A DNA stretch of 64,000 nt from positions 103,354,001 to 103,418,000 of the forward strand of contig OX638150.1 of NCBI GenBank assembly GCA_951804945.1, in the 5' to 3' direction. This DNA is from Podarcis cretensis. Its lineage: Eukaryota. Both the position numbers and the translations under genes were made by a program. Below are positions 11,736 through 24,642 of the stretch, piece by piece (within the stretch, counting starts at the first letter, position 1; the number at the start of each line of letters is the position of its first letter). The notes under the pieces are model-generated. The model was not told the origin of the DNA and did no database searches. It was given only the letters and a program-made list of their open reading frames with translations.

Positions 11736-13284
11736 GAATAGTTTTTCTCCCGTCTAGAAGTCTGCTGGAATTTCTCATGCTACTGGAAAATCAGCCTTGG
11801 ATTCCTGAAGCCAGTTCAATCAGAAAACCCAGAGTGAAGTCCCTAAGATGGTTGGATGGTGTCTTGTACTCCTATTTCTGGCAACTTCTGCAGCCAAGCT
11901 GGTGCCAAATGTATCGCTCTCATTTCCTTTGGACCACATCAGCTCCTGGAAAATCAGCCTTGGATTCCTGAAGCCAGATCAGTCAGAACGTTTGCAAGTC
12001 TCCCTGGGTTCTGGTGGCTCCACAAGCTTCCCCTACCCTCTGTGCCACAGGCCAGGAGATCTCTGCACCTGCTTACAAATCCCCTATAGAGGCTTACAAA
12101 TCCCCTATAGTTCAGTTCCGCTGTGGACAGAACCACACATAAACCACCCAATTCTGTTTTGAGCAGAGTTTGGTGATAATCGCTATCAACAAACAATAAG
12201 TAACTTTCTGTGGCTGCCAAAGATTACCCACACATGTAAGAATTCTCTGTTCACTTGGATGGGAAAGACATCTATGTGTGTGCATTCCCACTCAACTGAA
12301 ATAAATGGGAAATCCTACTCTCTAAGTATAGGAGCTCTGTGCCTCATCAAGTTCTTATGGCCACATAGAATAATAGGATCAGGGATTTATTTGTGTATGC
12401 CCAAATTTAAGGTTGTTGAGCTATTTTTAGTAATGCCCAAAGTTCTTGAGCTTTTTGTCAAGATCGTTTTTGAGATAATTTTTATGTAAAATCTGCAAAA
12501 ACTGCATTACCGACCATGTGTCCAGAATTTCCCAGTATTCTGGATGTGTCCAGGAAATCCTGGACATATGGCGAACCTACTCAAATTGTAGGAAGTGTTT
12601 GTTTCAGTCGTTGAGAGTTTGAATACTGTCCCCTGAGTCCGTAACAAAAAAATGTATTTATATGGAGAAAGGAAGTTCAAATTCTATATTCATTGGCTAT
12701 CCCTATTTAAAAAAAAAACAAATAATCATTTAAAATAATATTCCTCTTGAAACTTATAGTGCAATCCCTATGCATATTTACTCAGAAGTAAGTCCCGCTG
12801 TGTCCAATGGGGCTTACTCCCTAGTAAAGTGTATATGGGACTGCGGCCTTAGGGTAACTATGTCATTATGTCCTCCCTGTTGTACATTTGGATCCCTGGA
12901 GTACGTTCCCTCCTTGTAAATAGGAACCAGTCTCTGTGCTTTGAAAAGTCCTCAGGATCTATGTAGGTTACGTCCTTCTGTATTGATGTTTTAATTTGCT
13001 ACTTTATAAACGTCTCTTCTTTCGTTTTCGTCCCGGCTCTCTTTTCTTTTCAACAACTCGTTGTTTGTCATTGTTATTTTTAATTGCAGACTGCTTTAAA
13101 AACAAACAAACCCCCAAGCCTTCCATATTCATGCTTCTCTCTGAAATGTTTTTGGTTTGGGTCTTTTGACTGTCGTCTCGCTGTGAACTTTGCGGATTTG
13201 TTTATGAGTGCCACTGTGCTTCTGCTGCATCTGCATTGTCACCGTGATGGTATTTTTTTCTTTTTCTGTCTGTTTCTTCCACAG

Positions 13285-13431
13285 GAGTTTAACAAGTAAT
13301 CTGCCCAATGTGAACCTACCAAATGTGAACCTCCCCAAAGTTCCAAATCTACCAGTTAACATCCCACTAGGCATCCCCCAAATGCCTGCCTTTTCTGCAC
13401 CGTCATGGATGGCTGCTATATATGATGCTGA
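13285..13431 (+). CDS. CADPS: CADPS 147-nt cassette exon ([48 protein letters not shown][D])
   Basis: Long pyrimidine tract plus acag acceptor; weak GA|gtgtgt donor; symmetric phase 2-2 and a multiple of 3, so skippable in frame; matches the recalled CAPS1 long-isoform insert. Confidence 0.95.
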
Positions 13432-14445
13432 GTGTGTATTCAGTTCAATAGATCTCATTTAAATCAAAAGTTTCCTTGGCATGGATATGGATTGTTTATT
13501 TCTCTTCGTCAGACTTTGCTAGAGCCTCTTTAAGAGAACAAGCGAGATTGACGTCTCTTTCTAGAGGAGGACTAAATTTGGCATGCGTTCTGTATCAAAT
13601 TCATTTTTTTCCTTCCACATTTGACACTTGTCAACATACCTGTTGATAAGATTTGGATCGGGCGCACCAAAAAATACTATTGTGTTGGTTGCGAACCGTG
13701 AGATAAGTGTCAAGGATGTGTGCTATTTAAAAAGAAAAAAGAAACTATCCTGCGCTCAGCTAATTTTGCCATTATCTTTATTGGGATCTAAAAGCCCATA
13801 TGCTTCACCTGATTGTTCCTGCTTTCCTAAATGATTGTTAAAAAGAAAGAAAACAACATTTACACTGTTGGAATAAGTGCTTTCAGAGTTGGCCCTAGCA
13901 TACTGAATCACCTGCCTCAGGCGGCAGGTTGGGAGGGGCAGCGGAATGAGCACTTTCTTGCTGCTAGCAAATCAGAACAGGAATGCCCCTTTGCCACCTG
14001 CTGGCCTGGACACTTTGGCAAAGCCTTGTGAAACTTCAGGTGGCTTCTCTGTGGTGCCTGAAGCATGGGGCGGTTTCCGATGCTGCGAAATGCAGTAGCG
14101 AAGGGGGCTGCCTGGTCCTAGATGGCAAAGTTGCTTGAGCCCAACCCTAAATACCGCTGGAAGCTCTGCATCCCAAAGTTGCTGTTGCTTAGATAGTTTT
14201 ACTCAAGTTATCTAGGACTATGGCCTGGCACACCAGTCCTATAACCACATTACAAAGGGAAGTGGGGAAACCATGGCAGTCTCTGACCATCATGAGCTGA
14301 GGTCTTCCATTCCTGCAGACAGCTAACCCTTGCAAGTAGCTGCTCGCATAGGTCTCCTTGCATGAGTAGTGGAATGTCAGAAGAGAAAACTCAGGCAGGA
14401 TTTACGCTCCTCTTCTTCTGTGAACAGGAAAGCTGCAGCTACATA

Positions 14446-14740
14446 GGAACATAAGAAGCTGCCTTATAATGCATTGGACCATTGGTCCATCTGGCTCAGT
14501 ATTGTCTACACCAGTGTTTCCCAAACTTGGGCCTCTAGCTGTTATTGGACTACAATTCCCATCATCTCTGACCACTAGTCTTGCTAGCTAGAGATGATGG
14601 GAGATGTAGTCCAAAAACAGCTAGAGACCCACGTTTGGGAAACATTGGTCTACATTGAATGGCAGTGGATCCCTAGGGTTTCAAGAAGGAGTTTCTCCCA
14701 GCCCTACTTGGAAATGACAGTGGGGACTGAAGCTGGGACC
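14446..14740 (-). mobile_element. Squam2-like tRNA-derived SINE interrupted by a MITE
   Basis: ggaacataagaagctgccttata...ggaccattggtccatct..ctcagtattgtctacac; similar copies near 28258-28395(-), 33548-33703(+), 53479-53664(-) and 61735-61858(-). Confidence 0.65.
14512..14647. mobile_element. Palindromic hAT-type MITE
   Basis: TIR cagtgtttcccaaac / gtttgggaaacattg, nearly fully self-complementary, 8-bp TSD gtctacac/gtctacat; degenerate relatives near 147-260, 4955-5075, 48640-48960, 60020-60130 and 61860-61990. Confidence 0.85.
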
Positions 14741-17431
14741 TGGCCAGTACATCCAGAGAGGCAAATGTATATGAATGGTTTCAGTCTCACTCCAAATTGC
14801 CCCATGGAAGTCAGTGGGACGCATTTGGAGCGACCAAAGTAAGCATAGCCCTGCCAGAAGTGTGAGTGTAAGCACAGATGTCAACTTCCCACCCACAAGT
14901 GTCACTTCTGTGCTTCAGCCAACCTCCCAACCTGCCTACCTTCTTACAACCCATCTAGAGAGGGGTCACTGGCTGTCATCTTCCTCCTCCTCTGTCTCAG
15001 TGTTCACCTTGCAGGGAGGAGGGTTCAGAAAAAACTGGAACTAGTTGGCACTGCCTGTTGTTGGCTATGGCGCCACCTACTGTTGGGCTCCCTGCTTTCC
15101 ACCCTACCAGGCCCAATCCAAGCACGACGAAGCTTATCGTACTGCCTTTTTGAACAATCATTTGGGGACAGGAAACTGTATTCAAATTTTAATCTAAAGG
15201 CCATTTCCACCAAAACGTTATGATTTTGAAAAGCAAGTCAAATGAATCACTGTAAAAGAAAATGCTGTATTCATCTATTAAATTGTATATAGAGAGTTTT
15301 TTAAAAAGTACCAGAACTGATAATTTCATGAAATGCAACTCATATTCATGCTAAGCTGGTTTATTAAAGGCTAGACTAGACTAGGCAGTATGTGTAAATA
15401 GTTAACTGACAGTTTTACTTTCTCTCTGTGCATGCTCTGTGATATTGTTTTGTTTTGTTTTCGAAAAGATAAGAATCAAGGCCTCAATCCTGGACATGCT
15501 TACTCATGAATAAGTCTCATTGAATGACTTGAATGTCACTTTCTCATGAGGGCATGCATTTAGGATGGCATTCAAAGACAAAGCAGTCATCTTAAGTTTC
15601 GCGTGTGATTTTTTTAAAAGAATAAAACTTGAGCACAAATTCATCTTAAAAGCAGTATGATGGGGAAAAAATGAGCTACTGAACTTGTCAGCTTTAAGCC
15701 AAATGTGTGATATTGCTCTCCGCTTTTCAAAATCCAGTGAACTCTTCAAATGGGAGATACAAAACAACCCAGAGATTATTTTTTTATTTGAAAATTCTGG
15801 AAGCAGATGGGTATCGCCATGTTGTAATACTAAATACCAGGTTTTTTCCCCCATTCCTGGATATCTGATTGCTTCAAACATAAATACACTCTATTCGAAA
15901 GGCAGGATTAGACTGGATTTAAAAAATAATAATAAAGAGAAGGTAATTATTCTCAATGTATGTTTAAATCAGAAGAACTGAAATGATGCTTAGCCAATTA
16001 TGCCACTGTTATGATGTGTGCTACTTCTTTGCTTAACCAACCATTCAAGAAAAAGCCTGATTCTCTTATCTTTTCATTGGGCCCATCTCCCTTCTACCCA
16101 TTAAGGACATGTTTCAATGTTTTCACGCCATTACATAGATATGTCTATTTATTAGAACTGAGTCGATGCATTCTTTGGGGAAAAAATACCTTTGTTAGTG
16201 CAGGATTCAAAGGACTGCGCCCCCCCCCCTTGGCATGTTGGGAATATAGTCTTCACCCTGCAGTAGCCATGTGTGCATTTAGCTATATCTTCCCTTCTGT
16301 AGCATTAACTCAATGCAGCTGGCATCTGTCACAATAGAAACACCCATCCTTATTTGTTTCTATAGACGATATCAGCATCACCTGGTAATGCATGGTGTGT
16401 AAATACAAATTATTGTGTTAGCATTAGTGGTATGCGAGGAGTCGGGTGCGCTTCTTCAAGTTCCCTCGGTCATAATCAATGTGGAGAGAGGGATGAGAGA
16501 GAGAAGGAGAAAGGTGCATAAATTTCTCAGCATGAAGCACAATCAGAAGCTCGTATCTTATCCTGTAAGTAGAGGCATTAGGCATAATTGTAGCTGAAGA
16601 GAAGTCTAAATCAGCAGCTGGACTGGCTGGTCCCGTCTGTATGGAAGATCTGGGTAAGAGAACCTGTGCTTTATTGAACCTGCACTGAATTGTAAAGGCA
16701 TTGCAAAAGGCAAAAGGAAACTTACAGAAGTCTGGTCAGGTATATTTATTTCTCTTTCTGAAAAAGAGAAAGGAAATTCGGGGAGGGGGGAGTCCCAAAC
16801 TAAAAAGAGGTAGAGAAATCAACAAAGCCAAAGTTTTCTGAGATATGTAAAAGGATGTCTCATTGTGAATTATTCAATTGCCTTACCCTGATTTGTTTCC
16901 AGCTGTTCAAAAAGTGTGTCCTCGCTCACCACTTGTTAGCACTGTTCTTGTTTTTTCCTGAAACCCTTGGGGATGGGGGAAGGAGAACGAAGAGAATGAA
17001 GCTTGCAATGCGGGAAGTGCATGAAACCGAAGAATAACCACATACGTTTGTGTACTGCGGTTATTATCAACCAGAGATTTGCCTTCACGTTGTATAGCCT
17101 TCAGTTCAATAACTACATACCCTAATGTGATTATTGAAACAGGCTGTTTTTTTTTGTTTTTTATGCCATATGCACTGTTTCCAGATAAACGTTCGTTACT
17201 CTCTTCTGTCTGATCTGGAAAGACTTGTAACAGCTAGGTAGATTAGAAGAAGAAGAAAATGTATAGTGTAAAACCCTGATGGTGGAGATTCTCCCTGGCT
17301 TTGTCCTGTGTCTCCAGTCACTGTTACGCCCCCGTTACGTGTGCAAGAACGATCTCCACATTAGGTTTCCAGAGCCGAAGAACAGGCTGTAACCTCTCCT
17401 GTCATTCTTATTTTTCCTTTTCTCCTGTCAG

Positions 17432-17587
17432 CAATGGATCAGGAACGTCAGAAGATCTGTTTTGGAAATTGGATGCCTTACAGACCTTCATCAGGGATTT
17501 ACACTGGCCTGAGGAAGAGTTTGGGAAACACCTAGAACAGCGCTTAAAACTTATGGCTAGTGATATGATTGAGTCATGTGTGAAGAG
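17432..17587 (+). CDS. CADPS: CADPS coding exon ([51 protein letters not shown][R])
   Basis: tctcctgtcag acceptor, AG|gtaagt donor, 156 nt, phase 2-2, CAPS1 peptide identity. Confidence 0.97.
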
Positions 17588-17894
17588 GTAAGTGGAAACC
17601 AGTGGCGTAGCATGGGTTGCCAGCATCCGGGGCCACGCAGAGGTGGTGGGAGGGAGGGGAAACGATGGGGAGTGTGCATGAGCATTCAGCTTCCTAACGG
17701 CATCCGAATCACCCAGGAGATCGTTGTCTGGAGAAATCACTTCCTAGTGCACATGGAGAAGCTGTTTTTAGAGCCCAGCGATTAAACTGTGCAGCTGTAT
17801 TGAGGCAACGCCAGGTGTTGAAATTTTGTGCCCCTAACAATTTTGTGCCCAGGGCAGCCACCTCTGTGCCCCCTCCCATGCTTCACAACTGGTG

Positions 17895-18131
17895 GAAGAA
17901 GAGTTTGAATTTGATATCCCGCTTTATCACTACCCTAAGGAGTCTCAAAGCGGCTAACATTCTCCTTTCCCTTCACAACAAACACTCTGTGAGGTGAGTG
18001 GGGCTGAGAGTCTTCAAAGAAGTGTGACTAGCCCAAGGTCACCCAGCAGCTGCATGTGGAGGAGCGGAGACACAAACCCAGTTCACCAGATTACGAGGCC
18101 ACTGCTCTTAACCACTACACCACATTGGCTC
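17895..18131 (-). mobile_element. Squam3-like tRNA-derived SINE with (CTT)n tail
   Basis: Head gagccaatgtggtgtagtggttaagagc on minus strand; same family as the copies at 36480-36724 and 39507-39804. Confidence 0.8.
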
Positions 18132-19264
18132 TCAGTGGAAGCACTGGTGGAAGCAACTAGTGTCCACATAGTGTGCATATAAGTTTTGAAATCACATCCA
18201 ATTGCTTCTGCACAATTGTGCAATTCTGCTTTATGCAACTGGGGCAAAGCATGCTGGAAATGACTTCCCAAAAAATTAAGTACTTGATGAGTAGCTTCTG
18301 TGAGAGTTTTAAGTAAGCCTTAGCAGGGATTCCTCAATGAGAAGCTCAGTAATGGCGAGCAGCCTTCTCAAATCAAACAAGAGCAGTCATTCAGGGCAGA
18401 ACTACATACTTGGGGCTACTGCCAAAAAATGGTGGTGGCGTTTTCCCTCTTTCCTGCCCCCGCCCCCCAAAAAATAGCTGGTTCAACTGATCATATGACA
18501 TGGCATCATGCTATGCTATGGTGAGCCAGTGGGATGTAGCAGTTAGAGTGTTGGTCTCACTCTGTGTTTGTGACCTTGGGCCAGTCACTATTTTTTGCTG
18601 TGAGGATGAAATGGAGAGTGGTGAGAACCTTGAGCTCCTTGAAAAAAAGATAGGATAAAAATGTTGTAATAGTAGTAATGATGCTGATGATGAAGAATAA
18701 GTTTTTCCCCACCCAAATCCACATCATTGGCTGTTGTTGGAATAGGTTGGGTAAATCACATAATGAGAAGAGAAGAAATAAACCTGGGGCTCCTGTTTTG
18801 CAATAGAACCTGAAGAGGTGTTGTATATTTACTTGTCAAAGAATCAACTTATAGCAGTTTATGTGACAATTCAGAAGAGTTCAGGCAAACGAGTCACATT
18901 ATGACAAAATGAAAATGCAACAATTCAGTATTTTGGTGGAGTTAATCAATTTAACAGGTTTGTATAATCAGTGCTGAGTAATGAACACCCATATGATTTC
19001 CTATACTGCTGTGAGTTTTCTGTTTGGTTCCTGGTATACTTCAGTTATAAATTAGCTTGCAACCTGCAAAGATAAACTTTTGTAGCTTTGGCAAATCACT
19101 AAAGAAATAAGCTAAAAAGTGTGAGTTGCCATTCATGAATATTTTTCTTTTACATTCCGAAATGTGTTGGGCTAGGAGTACTGAAGAATTCAGCTGAAAA
19201 TGGAAACAGGAGCGGAAACTGATGAGTTTCGCTTACCTGTTTCATGTCCAGAGTAGAACTCAGT

Positions 19265-19610
19265 TGTCATGGACTGGCTGGATGCAGAGAAGTGGTGGGA
19301 GGTACAAGCCAAGGAACCCCTAAGGAACCCCCAGATGAAGAAGGCTCAGAATCAGGGGGCTGGTGGTAGGACGACAATGGGTGGTCAGGGGGAGGAGGAG
19401 TAGACTGGGAGGAGGAGGTGTTAGGAGCAGAAGAGGCAACAGGCTTTAGTGAGCAGGGAGAGGCTGTGGCAGACAGCAGTGCAGACTCAGAAGCGAGAGG
19501 GGTCAAGAGGCTGAGTGAGACAGGCTGTAGAAGAAGACGGGGGGGTATCCTTCTCCTGCTGTGACCAGCTCCCCTTCCCACTGATCTCCCAGAACACACA
19601 GGAAAATGAA
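19265..19610 (+). mobile_element. Probable truncated LTR (TG-starting, purine-rich)
   Basis: Abrupt start TGTCATGGACTGGCTGGATGCAGAG, GA-rich composition unlike its flanks; no closing CA or TSD seen. Confidence 0.4.
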
Positions 19611-19707
19611 GACTTCAAAGTATTGTATTGCTCAGTCAAATTAGTAGCTGCAGTATCTTAACTTTCAAAATGTTCCTTTTATTTTGTTTTTTTATTACTT
19701 TTAACAG

Positions 19708-19855
19708 AACCCGGATTGCGTTTGAAGTAAAGCTGCAAAAAACAAGCCGGTCAACAGATTTCAGAGTCCCTCAGTCAATATGCACCATGTTTAATGTTAT
19801 GGTTGATGCCAAAGCTCAGTCAACAAAACTTTGCAGTATGGAAATGGGCCAAGAG
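19708..19855 (+). CDS. CADPS: CADPS coding exon ([49 protein letters not shown])
   Basis: ttttaacag acceptor, GAG|gtaaaa donor, 148 nt, phase 2 to 0, CAPS1 peptide identity. Confidence 0.97.
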
Positions 19856-22800
19856 GTAAAACTTATATTTATTTATTTATTTTAAAAAAAATGTTTAAAG
19901 GGAAATAAATCTGCATCTTATATTCTGCTGGTTTCAGAAACATTCTAACAGTTGTGGATTTAGTTTTCCATATATAGACTATGCAGATGAAAATGCAGGG
20001 TCACTCCGTCAAACAAATCCCCATATTGAATATGGACACTCAGAACCCCTGTCACTTAGAAGTGACTGTTGGCAAGGATTGTGATGTGCACAAGGTACCT
20101 TTAAAGCCTATTTATGCATGACAGTGTTTTATATTGAGTCATTAACTCCACCTTGGAACCAGACATACGTTTGCCCCAAAGTCTTGATTTTTACATGCAA
20201 CTACCAGATTGCAATGGCATGATTATTTTGACCAACAGGCAAAGAAAACCCAATGAGAAACAAAGCAACCTGAACAAAAGGACTTAAGGGGAAATAGGAA
20301 ATTGCCTGATCCTATGTAAAAATGCAGTCCTGCCTGATTGGACTTTTCTAAAACCTACATTTATAATACTTCCGGGTCCTTAATGACTCAAAGGTTCCAA
20401 ACTGGTCCAGTTTTATCATCTGCTGGTCTAATGTGTTTTACTTCTCAAAGACATTATCACAACTTGAACATTTCCACATGTGATGTTGTGAAGTAGAAAG
20501 ACATGCTGAATTGGGCTCAATGAAATGCATAATCATAATCCTCTTTTGTTTGGAAGGCTTGAAACACTGTTCAACATTTTTATCATCTCTGTTTATGACC
20601 AGTTCAGACACAGGGCTTGGATTCTCGTATTTCATTTTCAGTAGTGCATACAACAACAACTCCTCATGTTCAGAATCTATGTCACATGGGTTATTCTAGC
20701 TTTTTTATTTTCTTGAAATATTTATCTCATTCTGATATGTACAAAATAAAGCACCAATCCAAATGGATTCATGGGGAGATTAGACTGAGTACAGTGAGCA
20801 TTGGAGCAGGTCCTTTGGTCCTCATTTTCTTTTGTTTGTTTGGTATGCTATTTGTTCTTTTAGATGCCCCTCTTTTGCCCCTCTTTTTATATAATCCCGG
20901 GATGCAACCTTACTGTTGTGAGCACTAAAGGCTTCCCTCACCCAAGTCAAAGCATGTACTTAAATGAACTCTCACCACTCCTGGTTTGAAGTTAGCTCAG
21001 AACCACAGAATTTGCCTTGCATCTTCTGTCTTGGTGCAGCCTTTTCGTTGCACTTTTTCAAAACAACCTCAGGAAGACAGTCGTAGTGAAGCTGCTGCAG
21101 CTCAATTATTTCTGCGTCATAATTCCTTGTTGTTTTGATCCATTATGATCTATAGGAACATCTGCTATAGGAACGTCTGCTAGAGGTTTCTGGCAACTGG
21201 CCTGAAGTCACACTTCTAAACTCTTCCATTAGTCAAGTTTGTAAAGAGCCGCAGCGTTCAGTGCTCCTGGCTTAAGCGTAGTATCTCTTTACAAATACAG
21301 CTTTCCAGCACCTCTAATAATAACACTATTAGTTGAAATAAATTCTAGGCCTTACACAAATGCCAAGGCTGGGAGTAAGCATAGGCTGCGCTCCTATGCA
21401 CATTTACCTGGGAGTAAGTCCTGTTGAACTAAACAGGACTTACTTCTGAGCAGATATGCATAGGATTGTTCTACCAGCTACCTGTACATCTGATGGTGAG
21501 AAATTTGATTCTTTGGGGTTTTAATTTGCCATTTCTCCGTTGTATCAGTTTCATTTCCCATCAGGTATAGCATAGGTAAAAAGTGCTTGCCAGCCTCAGT
21601 TACCCCTGTCCAACTCCCATTTTACTTGATTTGTCACTCGCATTGTTCTTGCAAATCCATGACCCATCATGGTTGATAACAAGCAGCAATTCAGTTGCAC
21701 AAAGAATCAGCCTTTAATATGTCTTAGGCAAATCCACATGTGCCTCTTTGAGAAAGTATTGATACTGTGGTACACAGATTGCATAGCGATTGTGTGAAGT
21801 AGCAGTTTCTCTGGTATGACGTTTTTAACAAATAGCTGAACTAATAGACCTGCAAATCAGATGTGAGTTATCTGTGCATAAGTTACTGTTTAGGACTGCA
21901 GGATTACATACACCCCTCCTTCTCCCCTCCAAGTCTTTTGTTTTCTCTTTTATTCATTTTAATGAATTCCTACCTCATCCCAGTGTGTCATGCCATCTCA
22001 TTTCTCTTTGCTTTTCTCCTGTTTCTCTCAGAAATGTATAGCTGCTAATATATAAAGTGATTGACTAATAAGGACTGCAGTATGGCAAGGGATATTTATG
22101 CCAACGACACTAAATTAACCATTTTAGCCATCTCTTTTCTCAAACAAAGTAGGGGTGTATTTGATTCAACCTTCCATGCGGCCAAACCCAACCCAGTTCC
22201 AAAGGGATAACGTTATTGACAGTTGCTGCATTCTTAGTCTCATGCCAGCCACAGCCTAGAAGGGTTTGCTGGCGGGATGCTTTGCTATTCCCCAGGCTAA
22301 CTGAGCTCTTGTTTGTTGAACCAAAGGTGCTCTCAGAGCCACAGCAGCCAGCAGCAACTTGAGCCACAATGCTTCCTTCCTGGCAAGCGCATTGCTGATG
22401 CTTATGGGGAGGGTGAAGGGGTGAGGCGGTGGGGGTGTCTGTACAGTGCGGACATACCAGTGGGAGCATCAGATGGGTTCTGCCAGTGCATCTGCACCGC
22501 ACCAACCCCCACACCACCTCACCGTCCCCCCTCTTAAGTGACACACCTGCCAGGGAACCAAGCAGACTGCTTTTGACAGAAGCCTTGGGACATAATCTTG
22601 CCCCTCCTTTCCAGTAGAATTCCTCCATGTGTTTGCTGTCCTCATTTCCTCCCCACATCCTTAGCAATTGATAAAAGGCCTTTCCTCTTAATCAATCACG
22701 GGACTCATCTAAGTCAATTGCACACATAGGAACAGTCAATTTGCAGCAACCTCCCACTCCACCACATGTAATGGAACTAGCAGGAACTATACTTCTATCA

Positions 22801-24257
22801 TCCCACCCAATCCAATCCCAGTAACAACTCCATTTGAACTGTGATTTAGGGAGCTTCCAGGCCAATTGTTTATTGAGCACTGAGAGTATAATATTGCTAT
22901 AAATGATGCTTTACCAGACATTCATCCTGATATGTTCATGTGAAGGCTATACAACTTTGCCAACATTTTCCAGGCTAGTTTTCCATCAGTTTTCTTATCA
23001 GACGTTTTATGGTTAGAAAAGACATGGGATAATTGCACCAGAAAATTCAGGATAACCACCAAACGTTATTATTATTATTATTTATTAGATTTTGAATAAG
23101 ATATTCATCATAAGATCTTAGGGTGGTTCGCAGAATAAAATACAGGATAGAAACAAGTAAATCAAACCAGCAGAACAATAAACAACCCATCTTGAATTGA
23201 CAGCCTGAGTTTCCTCCTTTAGAGTATCCACAATTCCTTCCATTGGATAAAAGGAGACCTATATAAGGTCCACTAAATCCTACTGAGCCTCCAAATGTTG
23301 CCATTATTTCTCTTAAAATTTTTTAATGATCAGATATGGAAAAATTTGAGGCATTTTAGGGAGTGCATTCTGCTGAACATATACACCCATATTCTCCCTG
23401 TGTCCTTATATTCAAAGGCAGCTGTTGAGACATTTGGCAGACATAATTTACCACCTTAAATATTTATATTTCTTCTGAATATTTAATGTATTAACAGGAA
23501 TAACTTGTATATCAAATATTTCTTGGTGGGTCTGGTATGTTTTTCTTCTCCGAGGTCAGATGGTCGCTAATAGAAATGCAGCATACACACAATCTGTTGG
23601 TGGTGTCATAATGAAACATGCCTCTCACATGCGCACCCAATGTCAGCCTAGTAAAGTGACTATAGATGGACTGAATTCATCTGCTTATAAAGCAGGCCAA
23701 AGTTTCTCACTAGTTTAGCTGAATTAGCATCCCACTCCTACAGAGCACTTTGGAGGACCTGGGTGCTTCAAAGCTTCCTAGGGTGGATTTTTCCCCACAC
23801 TGATTCAGTGGATCAGCATGACAGGAGCACCAAATCCATGCCTTTCTCTGCCCAAAGAGTTCCAGTGCTGCCATACAGGTGGGACCACAAGAGGAAGAGG
23901 CACCTGAGAGCCGTTATTCCCCTCACACACCTACACTTCCCAGGGAGGAGTTAACAGTCCTTCTTGCCAAGGGACTCTGGGAACTGGAGCTCTCTGAGGG
24001 GAACAACTATCAGTGCCCTTAGCAAACTACAGCCCCCAGAATTCTTTGAGGGAAGCCATGGCTGTTTAAAATGGTATCAGCAATGCTTTAAATGTATGGT
24101 GCAGATGGGCCCATAGTTTAGTCCTGAGCTGGTATAAGGTATGTTCTCATGTTCTTCCCATCTTCTCCCCTCTGAACTAAGCACTGTGGATCTAGTGGCA
24201 ATTCTGTGGCAATCATAGTTGTTGTTGTTATTTATTAGGACCCCACCCATCTGACTG

Positions 24258-24599
24258 GGTGTTGACCTTTAAAGCCTTAAACAGCCTTGGCCCAGGATAC
24301 CTGAAGGAGCATCTCCACCCCCCATTATTCTGCCCAGACACTGAAATCCAGCACCAAGGGGTTTCTGGTGGTTCCCTCACTGCAAGAAGCCAAGTTACAG
24401 GGAACCAGGCAGAGGGCCTTCTCAGTAGTGGCGCCCGCCCTGTGGAACGCCCTCCCATCAGATGTCAAAGAGATAAACAACTACCTGATGTTTAGAAGAC
24501 ATCTGAAGGCAGCCCTGTTTAGGGAAGTTTTTAATGACTGATGTTTTAATGTATTTTTAATCTCTGTTGGAAGCCGCCTAGATGGCAGGGTACAAATAA

Positions 24600-24639
<40 letters not shown>
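24258..24639 (+). mobile_element. L2-clade LINE 3' fragment with (TTA)n tail, nested in an opposite-strand copy
   Basis: Encodes LTFKALNSLGPGYLKEHL (L2 ORF2 C-terminus); aataaa followed by (tta)n tail. Confidence 0.8.

Positions 24640-24642
<3 letters not shown>

Noticed and set aside
11783-11977. 32-bp direct repeats as a CRISPR array
   Set aside because: Only two copies, a 131-bp TE-derived spacer, vertebrate context and no cas genes
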